DNA of 49,169 nucleotides from positions 1 through 49,169 of the forward strand of contig VXSV01000072.1 of NCBI GenBank assembly GCA_009837815.1. Direction: 5' to 3'. The DNA comes from Acidimicrobiia bacterium. Its GTDB lineage: Bacteria > Actinomycetota > Acidimicrobiia > Spongiisociales > ZC4RG35. The notes under the pieces were generated by a model. The model worked only from the letters and a program-made list of their open reading frames with translations. It searched no databases and was not told the DNA's origin. Numbering within the stretch: position 1 is the first letter of the stretch; every line of letters begins with the position of its first letter. A program made the position numbers and the translations under genes. Shown piece by piece: positions 1 to 7,949 of the stretch.

Positions 1-143
1 GGGGCGGCCCCGCCGCCCCCCCCAGCCTGGAGAGAAGCGTCGGCGGGTCCCCCCAAGGCCTGTGCCTTCGCTTCGGCCGAGCGCAAAACCAGTTCTTCGG
101 GTGCGTTCAGGGCCGCTGCGGCCGCCGCCAGAAACTCGCTCAT
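1..143 (-). CDS. Hypothetical protein, N-terminal part only (gene runs off the left window edge)
   Basis: Reverse-strand ATG at 143..141 opens MSEFLAAAAAALNAPEELVLRSAEAKAQALGGPADASLQAGGGGGAA..., which stays open to the window edge. Third codon positions are GC-rich. It is co-directional with the three genes upstream. No motif recognised. Absent from the ORF track because it is truncated. Confidence 0.3.
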   Translation of the reverse strand, partial: MSEFLAAAAAALNAPEELVLRSAEAKAQALGGPADASLQAGGGGGAA

Positions 144-215
144 ATGCGCCACCGAGGATACACAGCCCGATGGGACCTTCAACACCGGCGGTCCCGATGG
201 GACCCCCATGGCGTT

Positions 216-374
216 TCACCGGCTCTCAGCCGAGGACTCGTCTTCCATTTGCTGTCGTCGTTGACGGGCCCGGCGCTCGGACCGGCGCAAAAGCCACACC
301 AGACCGATCAGCACCACGCCGGAGGCGACCCATTCGTCGGTGGAGCCTCCTCCGAGAATGTGGGCGAAGGTCAT
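216..374 (-). CDS. 52-aa single-pass membrane mini-protein, translationally coupled to the upstream membrane protein gene
   Basis: Below the ORF-track size cut-off. ATG at 374..372 shares its A with the TGA of gene 374..1705 (TGATG). Translation: MTFAHILGGGSTDEWVASGVVLIGLVWLLRRSERRARQRRQQMEDESSAESR*. This gives one hydrophobic helix followed by a charged tail. Codons are GC3-rich. Confidence 0.4.
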   Translation of the reverse strand: MTFAHILGGGSTDEWVASGVVLIGLVWLLRRSERRARQRRQQMEDESSAESR

Positions 375-1705
375 CATCCGGCCGTCAGCAGGAAGAGAGC
401 GAGCATGGTCAACACCACCATCAACGCCAACATGGGATACTGGGATCGTATGGCCTTGACCCCCGGAAAGTCAACCAGGGCCCGGTCATGGGCCAGAATC
501 ACGCCTCCCACATGGCCGGCTATCACTGCCGCCAACTGAACGTACCAGACCGCGGTGGGCGATATCAGGGTGTAGTCAACTGCCCGATCGGCAACTCCCA
601 ATACATCCCACCCCAGGTCGAAGGGATCGGCGATTGCAGTCAGGAAGAACTGCCCCTCATAGATGACGAGGGTGAAATAATGAGCGAACGCGTATGCCAG
701 GGCTATCGGGACCAGTGTGTGGGCGAACCGGATCCGGATACGGGTCGGGCCCATGTCGGCGTCGGAGAGAATCGCTGAGACGGCGCAGGCCAGGTGGTAG
801 GCCCATCCGACCATCAAGACGACCGCCACCAGCCCGAAAGTGCCCACCACCGCCTCCGCCCACTGCCAGCCCAACCCGGTGGCCGACAAGGTGTCCTCCA
901 GCGGCCCGGCAAGTTGGTTGCGCCAGAATGGGATCCCCACGAGGCCGTCATAGGTGACTCCTCCGATCAGGACCACCGCCAGAGCGTCAAGGCCCGGGCG
1001 CTCAGCCACCATCGGGAGCCCTGTCAACCACTTCCGCCGGACCAGTTCACCATGCCGGTTCCTGCCGAGAGGCCCGATGGCTCCCATCAGATAGTTGTAA
1101 GCCCCGAAGCCGTCCCACGCGGTCAGCTGGGATTCGCTGCCCCACACACCGATGGTCACCAGCATGTAGAGGGTGTAGGCCAGGGCAATCACGGCGAGCC
1201 ACCAGGGAACGCTGCCGATCGGAGACACCAGTTCCCACCATGTGAACCCAAAGAGGACGGCGGCCGCCGGCCAGTATCCGACCCGAGACGACATGCCCGG
1301 GTCGCCCGGCCGGTCGAGCTTCAGCCATCGGGCAAGGACCCGCCAGGGAGCGACCACCTGGTAGAAGTCCCCAACCAGGGCGGATAGGAAGGGAAACATG
1401 AGCCACAGCCCCACGAAGACCATTACCGGCGCGGGGTTTTCGAGGGCGTCGTCCGATCCGAGCAACCCGCTCAACACCATCAATACCAACAGCATTACCG
1501 ACGCCGCTGACAGAATCCTCCCTCCCAGTCTCATCCAGGGAGGCATGGCGACCACCCTCCAGGTGGGATGCTGCAGGCGCGGCTCGGGCCACCGGGCGGA
1601 CAGCATGACGAAGGTGACCACCAACACCGTTGTTGCCGCCAGGGTGAAATACAAGAAAGGAATGGGCAGGTCGAGACGCCCACCGATGCCGTGGCCCAGG
1701 ATCAT
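374..1705 (-). CDS. Polytopic integral membrane protein of unknown function (443 aa)
   Basis: Long ORF with many hydrophobic segments. N-terminus is MILGHGIGGRLDLPIPFLYF. SD GAGGTGAG lies about 5 nt before ATG 1705, and the gene starts 9 nt after the stop of the lipoprotein gene. I recall the HGxGGxxDLPIP opening from a conserved actinobacterial membrane family, but this is unverified. Confidence 0.8.
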   Translation of the reverse strand: MILGHGIGGRLDLPIPFLYFTLAATTVLVVTFVMLSARWPEPRLQHPTWRVVAMPPWMRLGGRILSAASVMLLVLMVLSGLLGSDDALENPAPVMVFVGLWLMFPFLSALVGDFYQVVAPWRVLARWLKLDRPGDPGMSSRVGYWPAAAVLFGFTWWELVSPIGSVPWWLAVIALAYTLYMLVTIGVWGSESQLTAWDGFGAYNYLMGAIGPLGRNRHGELVRRKWLTGLPMVAERPGLDALAVVLIGGVTYDGLVGIPFWRNQLAGPLEDTLSATGLGWQWAEAVVGTFGLVAVVLMVGWAYHLACAVSAILSDADMGPTRIRIRFAHTLVPIALAYAFAHYFTLVIYEGQFFLTAIADPFDLGWDVLGVADRAVDYTLISPTAVWYVQLAAVIAGHVGGVILAHDRALVDFPGVKAIRSQYPMLALMVVLTMLALFLLTAG

Positions 1706-1714
1706 GCACTCACC

Positions 1715-2368
1715 TCAGGGCGACACTTTCAACTCGATCAGCAGCCGGTGGGTCACATGATCCTCCACCTCGAAGATCCCGGGCAGGTCTCCTACAAACT
1801 CGTGAACGGTGGGCACGCCGGCCTCCACGGAGAACTCCTCGTCGTAACCGTGAATGTGCACCACCACCCGGGTATCGGAGTCGAACCGCAGCGAAATCCG
1901 ATTGCCCAGGGGAACCTCGACCCTGTCCCCTCCCACCGCCCTCCCATCCCTGAGGGTCACCTCCACGACGGTCAGATCATCGGCGAGCGTGGTCGTTGTG
2001 GATGATGCGGCGGCGGTCGAGGAAGTGGTGGCCGGGGGAACGGTCGTCGATGTGCTCTGGGAGGTCGCCACGGGGTCACCGGCCTCGGTGGTTGCGTCGG
2101 GTGTGGTGGTGGTAACCGCCAGGGTGGTGGCCACAGCGCTCGGAGTGGTTGTCGTTGATGATGCGGCGGCGGTCGAGGATGTAGTTGAGACAGCCTCCGC
2201 CGCGGTGGTCGACGCGTCGGCAGGGGCCGTGGAGGAAGATGGCGGGGCGACTGTGGCGGACTCGGGAGAGGTGGCGCCATCCCCATCCACCCCGGCGTCC
2301 GATGTGCACGCCAACGCCAAAATCAGCAAGAGCCCCCAACGGAGTCCGGGGAGACTACGTTCGGGCAT
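1715..2368 (-). CDS. Lipoprotein with Ser/Thr/Ala-rich linker and a C-terminal Cys-less cupredoxin-like domain
   Basis: Internal ATG at 2368 gives MPERSLPGLRWGLLLILALAC-TSD, a signal peptide plus lipobox (LALAC). The C-terminal ~85 aa (VEVTLRDGR...RVVVHIHGYDEEFSVEAG...GIFEVEDHVTHRLLIELKV) resembles EfeO-N/cupredoxin-like metal-binding beta domains. The ORF-track start at 2503 would add 45 residues that do not look like a signal peptide. No clear SD at either start. Confidence 0.7.
   Translation of the reverse strand: MPERSLPGLRWGLLLILALACTSDAGVDGDGATSPESATVAPPSSSTAPADASTTAAEAVSTTSSTAAASSTTTTPSAVATTLAVTTTTPDATTEAGDPVATSQSTSTTVPPATTSSTAAASSTTTTLADDLTVVEVTLRDGRAVGGDRVEVPLGNRISLRFDSDTRVVVHIHGYDEEFSVEAGVPTVHEFVGDLPGIFEVEDHVTHRLLIELKVSP
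2001..2179. repeat. Intragenic direct repeat in the Ser/Thr linker: 23-nt exact copies 156 nt (52 codons) apart
   Basis: GATGATGCGGCGGCGGTCGAGGA occurs at 2001..2023 and again at 2157..2179. At protein level the motif TSSTAAASSTTTT is duplicated. Confidence 0.85.
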
Positions 2369-2579
2369 CTGTGGTTTTAGAAGCGTCCAACGACATGGGA
2401 CAGTTCTCTTAACCGTACTGCTGGGAGGGGGCTTGGAAACCGATCCGGATCGGGGAGGTCGGAGCGGGTCAATGGGGGCGCCTCCGGTGGTCACCCCATC
2501 CACGAGAGCGGGCTATCCGGATGGTGTCCGGTCGGCCGTCGCTCTCGTCACCGACCCCATGGCGGGTAACCTGGTCTGA

Positions 2580-3227
2580 ATGAGAAAGCACCTCTCGGAC
2601 CAGGATCTACTGGAATACGCATCTTCTCGCTCTATGGACGCGGGCAGGGTGGGCCGGAAGGTGATCGAGGAAACAGCCGAACGCTATCCCGAGCTCTCCA
2701 GGATGCAGATCGATCCCCTCCAGGGAGGGTTCCTGGCCCTGCTGATCAAGCTGATCGGGGCGACGAGGGTGCTCGAGATCGGCACATTCACCGGCCTGTC
2801 TTCGCTCTCGATGGCCCAAGCCCTGCCGGAGGGAGGCGCACTGGTCTGCTGCGACATCTCCGAAGAGTTCACGAGCCACGCCCGCCAGGCCTGGGAGGAA
2901 GCGGGAGTGGCCGACAGGATAACCCTCTTGATCGGCCCGGCCCTCCGTACCCTCGAAGACTTGGAGGGCCCCTTTGACATGGCTTTCCTCGACGCCGACA
3001 AGCCGAACTACCCGTCTTACCTCGAAAGGCTGACGGAGTTGGTAAGGCCGGGCGGGGTGATCGTGGCGGACAACACGCTCTGGTCGGGACGGGTGATCGA
3101 CCCCGGCGATCGAACTCGGTCTACGGAGGCGATCCGCCGCTTCAACGACCTGGCCGCTGCCTCCCCGGACCTGGAAGTGGTGGTGCTCCCCTTCGCGGAC
3201 GGGGTGACCTTGATGCGCCGTCGCTGA
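2580..3227 (+). CDS. Class I SAM-dependent O-methyltransferase (caffeoyl-CoA O-methyltransferase-like family 3)
   Basis: VLEIGTFTGLSSLSMAQALPEGGALVCCD (SAM motif I), DMAFLDADKPNYPSYLE and GGVIVADNTLWSGRV are typical of cation-dependent O-methyltransferases. Confidence 0.9.
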   Translation: MRKHLSDQDLLEYASSRSMDAGRVGRKVIEETAERYPELSRMQIDPLQGGFLALLIKLIGATRVLEIGTFTGLSSLSMAQALPEGGALVCCDISEEFTSHARQAWEEAGVADRITLLIGPALRTLEDLEGPFDMAFLDADKPNYPSYLERLTELVRPGGVIVADNTLWSGRVIDPGDRTRSTEAIRRFNDLAAASPDLEVVVLPFADGVTLMRRR

Positions 3228-3320
3228 TTCGAACCGGGAGATGCGGCGGTCCCGACTCGGCTTGATGGGTGTTGCGTCCCCCCTCTACCGTGAACATGAC
3301 CCACTATCGGGACAGTTCCC

Positions 3321-4472
3321 TCACCTTCTACCGGTATTCATCACCCAATACCCCAACCCGAACAGAACGGTGACAGCCAGCCAGCCCGGCGTGTAGACGC
3401 CGAGGAGATCCACGGACAATCCCACCAGTGGAGCGCCCAGTCCCAGACCGGTCAGGAAGCCGAGCAGAACCATTCCCGAGCCCCGGCCTGCCAAAGAGGT
3501 CGGGAGGATCTGGATGATGGCCAACATGCCGACCGCGTTCCAAGCGCTCCCGCTCACACCGGTCAGCGCCGCCGCCAGCCAGATCGTCCATGATCCCAAC
3601 TGATGCCCGAAGGCCAGCACAACACCCATCGTCATTGCCAGCAGGGCGATGATGCGCAAACTTCTCACCGACCCGAACCTGCCTTCGGCCACCCGCGCCC
3701 AACCGAGCCGGGCCAAGATACCCACCAGCCCGGTGACAGCCAGCGCCAGGCCGGCATGGCCCGGGCTCATCCCCATTACCTCCTCGGCATATAGGGGCAG
3801 ATAGGCAAGCACCACGGACATGCCTGTACCCATGGTGAACCCGTAAACCGCCAAACGGTAGATCAACCTCGGGATACGGCTCAACGGCTCCTCGGCGGTG
3901 TCCTCCCGGCCGGCGTGAACCCGCGCCGGCGTCGCCGAGTAGAACCCGGCAAAGGCAAGGGGGACTGCGGCGAAGGCGACTACCGCCCATCGCCAATCCC
4001 ACCACATGGCAAAGACCGGCAGCAACCATCCCCCCAGGAAGACCCCTATCTGTACGCCCGACTGCTTCACTCCCACAATCAGACTTTGCCTGCCGGTTGC
4101 GAATTCCTCGGAGATGAGCCGATTGGTGGCCGGGTTGGAGAACCCGGACGCTATCCCTGCGAGACACGCCGCCGCCATCATCACCCCGAAACCGGGCGCC
4201 GTTCCCACACCTAACAGAGCGACCCCGGCGATCAATAGGGTGGAGATCGTGGCTTGACGACCACCCATCATGTCCGCCCACTTTCCCAACAAAAGCGAGA
4301 ACACCGCGCCGCACAGAGTGGCGCCGCTGACCAGCAGCCCCAGTTGCCACCGTTCGATTCTCAAGAACGAGATCAATTCCGAGGCCAGCACCCCAAACAC
4401 CGTTGGAGCGAAAGTGGCGGCCGCCATGGCGACGGCAAGCACCGCGCCCAGCATCAGACGACGGTAAAGCAC
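3321..4472 (-). CDS. MFS transporter
   Basis: 383 aa with about 12 hydrophobic helices. A GKWADMMGGRQA loop follows TM2 (the MFS D-R/K-x-G-R-R/K-type motif), and the two halves are symmetrical. Confidence 0.85.
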   Translation of the reverse strand: MLYRRLMLGAVLAVAMAAATFAPTVFGVLASELISFLRIERWQLGLLVSGATLCGAVFSLLLGKWADMMGGRQATISTLLIAGVALLGVGTAPGFGVMMAAACLAGIASGFSNPATNRLISEEFATGRQSLIVGVKQSGVQIGVFLGGWLLPVFAMWWDWRWAVVAFAAVPLAFAGFYSATPARVHAGREDTAEEPLSRIPRLIYRLAVYGFTMGTGMSVVLAYLPLYAEEVMGMSPGHAGLALAVTGLVGILARLGWARVAEGRFGSVRSLRIIALLAMTMGVVLAFGHQLGSWTIWLAAALTGVSGSAWNAVGMLAIIQILPTSLAGRGSGMVLLGFLTGLGLGAPLVGLSVDLLGVYTPGWLAVTVLFGLGYWVMNTGRR

Positions 4473-4693
4473 GGAACATAACGGTACTGCCCACCCCTAA
4501 ATGAGACCGCATGGCCGCAGAACCCCGATCCCCGGAGTCCCGCCGACCGCCGGCCCGCCACCGAATGGTCCCACCGGTTTCTACCATGTGCCGAGTGGGA
4601 ACCCTCCCCGGAATCGAAGAGGCGCCAGACAAATGCACAACTCAAATGTGAGTCTCAATCGGAGATGAAAACAGTCATTGGGAACCGCGGCTA

Positions 4694-6196
4694 GTGGAGT
4701 CTTTACCTGTTGCAGGCGCCCGGGCGGTGGACCGACACCTGTTGGTGGTCTTCGGGGCCACCGGCGATCTCTATCGCCGGAAACTTGCCCCCGCCCTTTA
4801 TCACCTGGTCCGGCAATACCAAATGAGCGATCGGTTCCTCGTCCTGGGAGTGGCTCGATCAGAGATGGACGACCACGCTTTCAAAGCGTTCTCGAAGGCT
4901 GCTGTGGAAGGCATCTCCCACCGGCAACCACAGCTTGGTGAGCCGTACGCCAATCCCGCCAGGTGGTGCGACGAGGTCCTCAACTTCCAGTCCATCGGTG
5001 ACAGTGAGCCGGAGGCATTTCAAGCTCTCCGGCGTCGGATCGAACGTATCGAGGCGGTGCACGGCCTGGCGGGCAACCGTATCTTCTACCTGGCCCTGCC
5101 GCCATCCGCCCTGGGCCCGACGGTCAAGGCCTTGGGAGCATCGGGTCTGACCCACAGCAGCGGATGGACCCGTCTGGTTGTGGAGAAACCTTTCGGCGTC
5201 GATCTCGACTCGGCCATGGCGTTGAACGAGACCCTTCACGGATGCTTTGACGAGCATCAGGTCTACCGCATCGATCATTACCTCGGCAAGGCGACCGTGC
5301 AGAACCTTCTGGTCTTCAGGTTCGCCAATCCCATTTTCGAGTCGGCGTGGAACCGGGATCGTATCGACAACGTCCAAATCACCGTGGCCGAGTCGGTGGG
5401 GATCGGCGAGCGGGCCGCCTACTACGACCGATCAGGGGCCATGCGAGACATGGTCCAGAATCACCTCACCCAGCTGCTGAGCCTGGTGGCCATGGAACCG
5501 CCGGTCTCATTCGACGCCGAGGCCATCCGGGATGAGAAGGTCAAGGTGCTCCAGTCCATCCGGCCGATCAGCCCCGACGACGTGGTGCTGGGTCAATACG
5601 GCGCCGGGCGAGTGAATGGAAAACGGGTGGCGTCGTATCTGGACGAAAAGGGAGTGAAAGGTGGTTCCGCCACCCCCACTTACGCCGCTCTTCGGATGTT
5701 CATCGACAGTTGGCGCTGGCAGGGCGTCCCCTTCTACCTGCGCACCGGCAAGCGCATGGGCGGCCGCCTAACCCAGATCGCGGTGACTTTCCGCGAACCG
5801 CCGGTCGCCCTGTTCAAGTCCTTCGAGTGGAGCCGCCACCAGGGCAACGTGCTCTATTTCAAACTCCAGCCGCAGGAGGGCTTCGACCTCTTATTCGACG
5901 TTCAGAAGCCTTCGGGAAGTCCTCAGTTGGACACCAGGTCTCTGGCCTTCGCGTACGAAGAAGCATTCGGGAATCTTCCCGACGCCTACGAAACGCTCCT
6001 CTATGACGTCATGACCGGAGACCGGACCCTCTTCGTCCGGTCCGATGAGGCCGAAGGAGCCTGGCGTCTCTACACCCCCATACTCGAGGCCGGGATCAAT
6101 CCATATCCCTATCAGGCCGGTTCGTGGGGTCCCCAGGAGGCGGAGCGCCTGCTAAGCCCGCGAGGCCACGAATGGACGGTCCGACTCCCCGAATGA
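4694..6196 (+). CDS. zwf: Glucose-6-phosphate 1-dehydrogenase
   Basis: NADP-binding motif VVFGATGDLYRRKL and active-site motif YRIDHYLGK. Length 500 aa. GTG start at 4694. Confidence 0.95.
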   Translation: MESLPVAGARAVDRHLLVVFGATGDLYRRKLAPALYHLVRQYQMSDRFLVLGVARSEMDDHAFKAFSKAAVEGISHRQPQLGEPYANPARWCDEVLNFQSIGDSEPEAFQALRRRIERIEAVHGLAGNRIFYLALPPSALGPTVKALGASGLTHSSGWTRLVVEKPFGVDLDSAMALNETLHGCFDEHQVYRIDHYLGKATVQNLLVFRFANPIFESAWNRDRIDNVQITVAESVGIGERAAYYDRSGAMRDMVQNHLTQLLSLVAMEPPVSFDAEAIRDEKVKVLQSIRPISPDDVVLGQYGAGRVNGKRVASYLDEKGVKGGSATPTYAALRMFIDSWRWQGVPFYLRTGKRMGGRLTQIAVTFREPPVALFKSFEWSRHQGNVLYFKLQPQEGFDLLFDVQKPSGSPQLDTRSLAFAYEEAFGNLPDAYETLLYDVMTGDRTLFVRSDEAEGAWRLYTPILEAGINPYPYQAGSWGPQEAERLLSPRGHEWTVRLPE

Positions 6197-6265
6197 CTTT
6201 CTTGGAACCGGAGTCCGGGTGACTTACCTACATTCGGACGAGCCAACACATACGGCGGTTCTCCG

Positions 6266-6396
6266 AAAAGAATTCTGTAACTTTAGATTGAGCCCAACTC
6301 AACAAAATCAGAGAGCCGGAGTCATTTCGGCAAAGCTCCCTCCTGAGTCCAAAAGAATTCTGTACGCTTAAAATCGCTGTGACTCAACAAAATCAG
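6266..6396 (+). repeat. Bipartite direct repeat (two units, 85-bp period) in an AT-rich islet overlapping the annotated Fic start
   Basis: Block A, AAAAGAATTCTGTA, occurs at 6266..6279 and 6351..6364 and contains the 8-bp palindrome AGAATTCT. Block B, ACTCAACAAAATCAG, occurs at 6297..6311 and 6382..6396. Each A-B pair is separated by exactly 17 non-conserved nt. I counted 45-47% GC on lines 6241..6360. Confidence 0.85.
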
Positions 6397-7401
6397 GATG
6401 ACGCCCCGCGCCGGGGACGACCGAGGCGCTCCGACGTGTTTCATCGTCTGGCCGTCCAAGTCGCCGAATTGCATGATCGCATGGGCGGATTGCCAAGTCC
6501 CGACGAGGCCAGTGGAATATGGGAGGACATCTGGTACGCGGAAGCCCATCACTCCACCGCCATCGAAGGCAACACCCTGGTGTTGAAACAGGTGAAGTCC
6601 CTATTGCGCGACGGTAAGGCGGTCGGCGATAAAGAACTGCGCGAGTATCTGGAGGTAAAGGGATATGCCCAGGCTGCTTCCTGGGTCTACCGGCAAGCCA
6701 TGAACCCATCCGGCCTCACCCGACCTGAGAGTCTCCTTACCCTGGCGGAACTCAGGGAGGTCCATTATCAAGCAATGGCCCCGGTCTGGGAAGTCGCTCC
6801 CCATCCCGACGCAACAGACCGCGAGAGACCCGGAAGCTTTCGTGAGCATGAGATACGACCATTCCCCGGGGGGATGATTCCTATCACGCTCCCCCTGGTC
6901 CATTCGGAGATCGATAACTGGATCGACACCGTCAACTCTCTCGACACCGGTCTTTCGGCCTTTCCCGAACAACTCGCCAGGGTACATTGCCGCTTCGAAC
7001 AGATACACCCTTTCCTCGATGGCAACGGGCGCACGGGCCGCTTGGTCCTCAACCTGATCCTGGTGCGTCTCGGATACCCGCCCATGGTCATCTACAAACG
7101 CGACCGAGAAAGATACCTCACCGCCCTTTCCCGAGCCGACGATGGCAATCCAGGGCCTCTTGGACACATCTTCGCACGGGCGATCTTAGACAGCTTGAAT
7201 AGGTTTGTTTTCCCGGCCGTCGGCGGACCCGTACGCCTGGCGCCCCTCGCTGCCTTGGGGACTCCGGACCTCAACCCCGCCGCTTTGCGCGCCGCGGCTG
7301 TACGCGGTCGCCTCCGAGCCACCCGCGGCCAGGACGGCTTGTGGCGCAGTACCCGACAGTGGGTCGAGGAATACAAACAAACTCGCTACCAGCGACAGTA
7401 G
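6379..7401 (+). CDS. Fic family protein (class II, with N-terminal auto-inhibitory helix)
   Basis: Canonical Fic motif HPFLDGNGRTGR = HxFx(D/E)GNGRxxR. Inhibitory motif [ST]xxxE[GN] is present as STAIEGN (6553..6573). The GTG at 6379 has no SD. An in-frame GTG at 6436 has GAGG 9 nt upstream and is an alternative start. Confidence 0.9.
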   Translation: MTQQNQDDAPRRGRPRRSDVFHRLAVQVAELHDRMGGLPSPDEASGIWEDIWYAEAHHSTAIEGNTLVLKQVKSLLRDGKAVGDKELREYLEVKGYAQAASWVYRQAMNPSGLTRPESLLTLAELREVHYQAMAPVWEVAPHPDATDRERPGSFREHEIRPFPGGMIPITLPLVHSEIDNWIDTVNSLDTGLSAFPEQLARVHCRFEQIHPFLDGNGRTGRLVLNLILVRLGYPPMVIYKRDRERYLTALSRADDGNPGPLGHIFARAILDSLNRFVFPAVGGPVRLAPLAALGTPDLNPAALRAAAVRGRLRATRGQDGLWRSTRQWVEEYKQTRYQRQ

Positions 7402-7407
7402 CCCGGC

Positions 7408-7767
7408 CTACAAAGTCAAAGGCGCCTTGGCGAAGGCGTACTCCTCCACTATCCGGCCCCCGATCAGATGTTGCTCGATTATCAGATCGAGCACGTCGGG
7501 GGTGACCTCCCGGTACCAGATCCCTTCGGGATAGACCACCATCACCGGGCCTTGCTCGCAGACCCGCAGGCAGTCCACTTTGCTTCTCAGCACCATGCCG
7601 TCTCCTGGTGGTTCGGCTCGGGCTTCCAGGCGGGGATTCCTCGACCAGGGGGGAGGAGCAGAAGTCAGCCCGAGTTGCTTGCAGCGTCGCTTCAGATGGA
7701 TCCACAGGGGGTCGGTCTCTTCACGGGGAGCGCAGCGGGGGTTGCTCTGGCCGGCGCAGAGGAACAC
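7408..7767 (-). CDS. Thioredoxin-like [2Fe-2S] ferredoxin domain protein (true start probably upstream at a non-canonical codon, possibly ATT 7833)
   Basis: Four Cys (FLCAGQSNPRC ... DCLRVCEQGP) and GPVMVVYPEGIWY are typical of the TRX-like ferredoxin family. The frame stays open upstream to 7863 and reads ...ATAIDNQERLEAIAHGLSIGGARWH-VFLCAG with no ATG/GTG/TTG. See the corresponding finding. Confidence 0.75.
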   Translation of the reverse strand: MFLCAGQSNPRCAPREETDPLWIHLKRRCKQLGLTSAPPPWSRNPRLEARAEPPGDGMVLRSKVDCLRVCEQGPVMVVYPEGIWYREVTPDVLDLIIEQHLIGGRIVEEYAFAKAPLTL

Positions 7768-7949
7768 ATGCCACCGGGCGCCGCCGATGGAGAGGCCGTG
7801 AGCTATGGCCTCTAATCGCTCCTGATTGTCAATCGCCGTCGCTCCGGATAGGACCAGGGAATGTCATAGGCGCCAAATGTAGGCGGATGGCGTAATACAT
7901 CTGCGCTGAATGTCCGGTGTCCCGGGACCGCCAGGGCAACGGAGAGTTG

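Noticed and set aside
62-778. 238-aa plus-strand ORF at the left edge
   Set aside because: It overlaps the minus-strand membrane protein gene and the mini-ORF. It has Pro/Arg-rich composition, and the minus-strand reading has coupled stop/start signals and hydrophobic helices.
1972-2339. Repetitive Pro/Arg-rich ORFs and DNA repeats that might suggest a repeat array
   Set aside because: They are alternative-frame readings of the Ser/Thr/Ala linker of the lipoprotein gene. There are only two 23-nt copies, in frame and 52 codons apart, so this is not a CRISPR or tandem array.
3201-3290. GATTCGAACC string resembling a tRNA T-loop (minus strand GGTTCGAATC)
   Set aside because: The flanking bases cannot form a T-stem (CCCGG versus CAGCG), there is no acceptor or anticodon arm, and the string overlaps the 3' end of the methyltransferase gene.
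3328-4638. 436-aa minus-strand ORF overlapping the MFS gene in another frame; similar alternative-frame ORFs occur at 33765..34736, 31813..32904 and 22828..24099
   Set aside because: They overlap well-supported genes (MFS, SPFH, ppdK, clpB). They encode Arg/Gly/Pro-rich sequences without motifs or SD-supported starts.
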